Below the pieces are notes generated by a model. The model saw only the letters and a list, made by a program, of their open reading frames with translations, made no database searches and was not told the origin of the DNA. Of a stretch of 64,000 nucleotides of DNA, positions 62,490 to 64,000 are shown in pieces. The position numbers and the translations under genes were made by a program. Origin of the DNA: Takakia lepidozioides (taxonomy: Eukaryota > Plantae > Bryophyta); contig CM060732.1 in the NCBI GenBank assembly GCA_030704615.1, positions 16,430,001 to 16,494,000 on the forward strand, written 5' to 3'. Within the stretch, counting starts at the first letter, position 1; each line of letters starts with the position of its first letter.

Positions 62490-63308
62490 CGGCACCGTGC
62501 CGTCACATTACTACCCCCGGATGAAAATTCGGCACCGAATATCTAGCAGGGGCCGCACGTATGAAGTCGCCTCAGGCAGAGAGGCCGGAACCTGTCCGAC
62601 AGAGAACAACCCCCGGATGGAAATTCAGCGCCGAATTTCCATTCGGATCCCCCCAAAGGAAGTCGTGTCGGGGGGTCAGGCCGAAAACTGGCCGACATAA
62701 TTTCCATCCGAGGCCGTTCGGATGCAGTCGGCTCGGGGAAAGGCCGCCACCTGGCCCTCACATTACAGCCCCCGGACGGAAATTCGGCACCGAATATCCA
62801 ACAGGGGAAGCCCGGATGAAGTCGCCTCAGGGGTAGAGGCCGGCGTGTGTTCGACAGAGAGTATCCCCTGGATGGAGATTCAGCGCCGAATTTTCATCCG
62901 GGCCCCCCCAAACGAAGTCATGTCGGGGGGGCAGGCTGAAAACTGGCCGACATAAAAACCTCCCCAGATGGGAAAACGGCGCCGAATTTCCATCCGGGGC
63001 CGTTCGGATGCAGTTGGGGAGGGGGGAGAGGCCGGCACCTGGCCGTCACATTTCAACCCCCGGACAGAAATTCGGCACCAAATATCCAACAGGGGACGCC
63101 CGGATGAAGTCGCCTCGGGCGGAGAGGCCGGCACCTGTCCGACAGAGACCATCCCCCGGATGGAAATTCGGCGCCGAATTTCCATTTGGGCCCCCTCAAA
63201 GGAAGTCGGGTCGGGTGGTGAGGCCCAATACTGGAAAATATAAAAACCTCCCAGGATGGAAAAACGGCGCCGAATTTCTGTCCGAGGCCGTTCGGATTTC
63301 CCTGTAGC
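62490..63308. repeat. Three ~270-bp subterminal tandem units ending in TIR-like TTCGGATTTCCCTGTAG
   Basis: Units with GCCGTCACATT...AAATTCGGCACC...GAAGTCGCCTC...GGAAATTCrGCGCCGAATTT start at ~62495, ~62750 and ~63040. Confidence 0.85.
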
Positions 63309-63409
63309 AGTCAAGGATTCCATGAAAAACGTGGACTTCAGCCACAAAACTAACACTTTAGTTTGTTTTTCTCCGAAAAACCAAGCGGCCACGCTCACAA
63401 TTACCTGCA

Positions 63410-64000
63410 GGAAGGTAATTCGGCGCTTCGACTTACCTGGCGAATGGAAATTCGGCGCCGAATTTCCATCCGCCAGCGATCCGAGTTACCTGCTGGATGG
63501 AAATTCGGCGCCGAATTTCCATCCTGATCCGCTCCGAATTACCTGCATGATGGAAATTTTGCGCGCCGCCCTACCTGCCGGATGGAAATTCGGCGCCGAA
63601 TTTCCATCCATCCGCTCTCCGACCAACCTGGCGGATGGAAATCTGGCGCCGGATTTCCATCCATCCGCTCCGAATTACTTGCGTGGCGGAAATTTCGCGC
63701 GCCGCCCTACCTGACAGGATGGAAATCCGGCGCCGGATTTCCATCCATCCGGCTTCGACCAACCTGCGTGGCGGAAATTTCGCGCGCCGCCCTTCCTGGC
63801 AGGATGGAAATCCGGCGCCGAATTTCCATCCATCCGCTCTCCGACCAACCTGCGTAGCGGAAATTTCACGCGCCGCCCTACTTGACAGGATGGAAATCCG
63901 GCGCCGGATTTCCATCCATCCGGCTCCGAATTACCTGCGTGGCGGAAGTTTTGCACGCCGCCCTTCCTGGCAGGATGGAAATCCGGCGCCGAATTTCCAT
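63410..64000. repeat. Minisatellite-like array built on the palindrome GGATGGAAATyCGGCGCCGrATTTCCATCC; runs off the window
   Basis: Copies at ~63445, 63496, 63580, 63634, 63717, 63802, 63888 and 63973, with related linkers. Confidence 0.92.

Noticed and set aside
42143-63308. One 21-kb CACTA element bounded by 42143 and ~63308
   Set aside because: The termini differ beyond the core, the subterminal repeats are unrelated, and there is no matching TSD.
63410-64000. CRISPR-like array of palindromic repeats
   Set aside because: The linkers are repeats of each other rather than unique spacers, there are no cas genes, and the context is eukaryotic.

Overview
Eukaryotic nuclear DNA from a plant, probably a non-seed land plant (inferred from the spliced CDC73 gene and the transposon types). 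Most of the window is nested transposable elements. In order: (1) a minus-strand Ty3/gypsy element (1-~10.5 kb) interrupted by a short, young, integrase-less Ty1/copia element (1956-5245; 5-bp TSD ACTCC); (2) a TE-like segment with a degenerate DNA amino-methyltransferase-like ORF (~11.9-12.45 kb) and a SEC13 fragment; (3) a plus-strand Ty3 element with an inverted duplication, whose integrase is split by a chromovirus (18933-31897) that itself holds a second copy of the same chromovirus (20721-27306); (4) an intron-bearing EF-Tu pseudogene and the only intact host gene, 3-exon CDC73 (36880-39175, minus); (5) a CACTA end with a TnpA-like gene; (6) a complete 10.3-kb P-element-like DNA transposon (46438-56775; TIR CCCGGGGGGTGCACTC, 8-bp TSD ACCTTTTG, ~1470-codon transposase with no THAP domain) carrying LINE insertions; (7) more LINE/MITE debris, a GCM-domain transposase remnant, and arrays of a perfect 30-bp palindrome at the right end. 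All alignments and motif calls were made by eye; no database searches were run.
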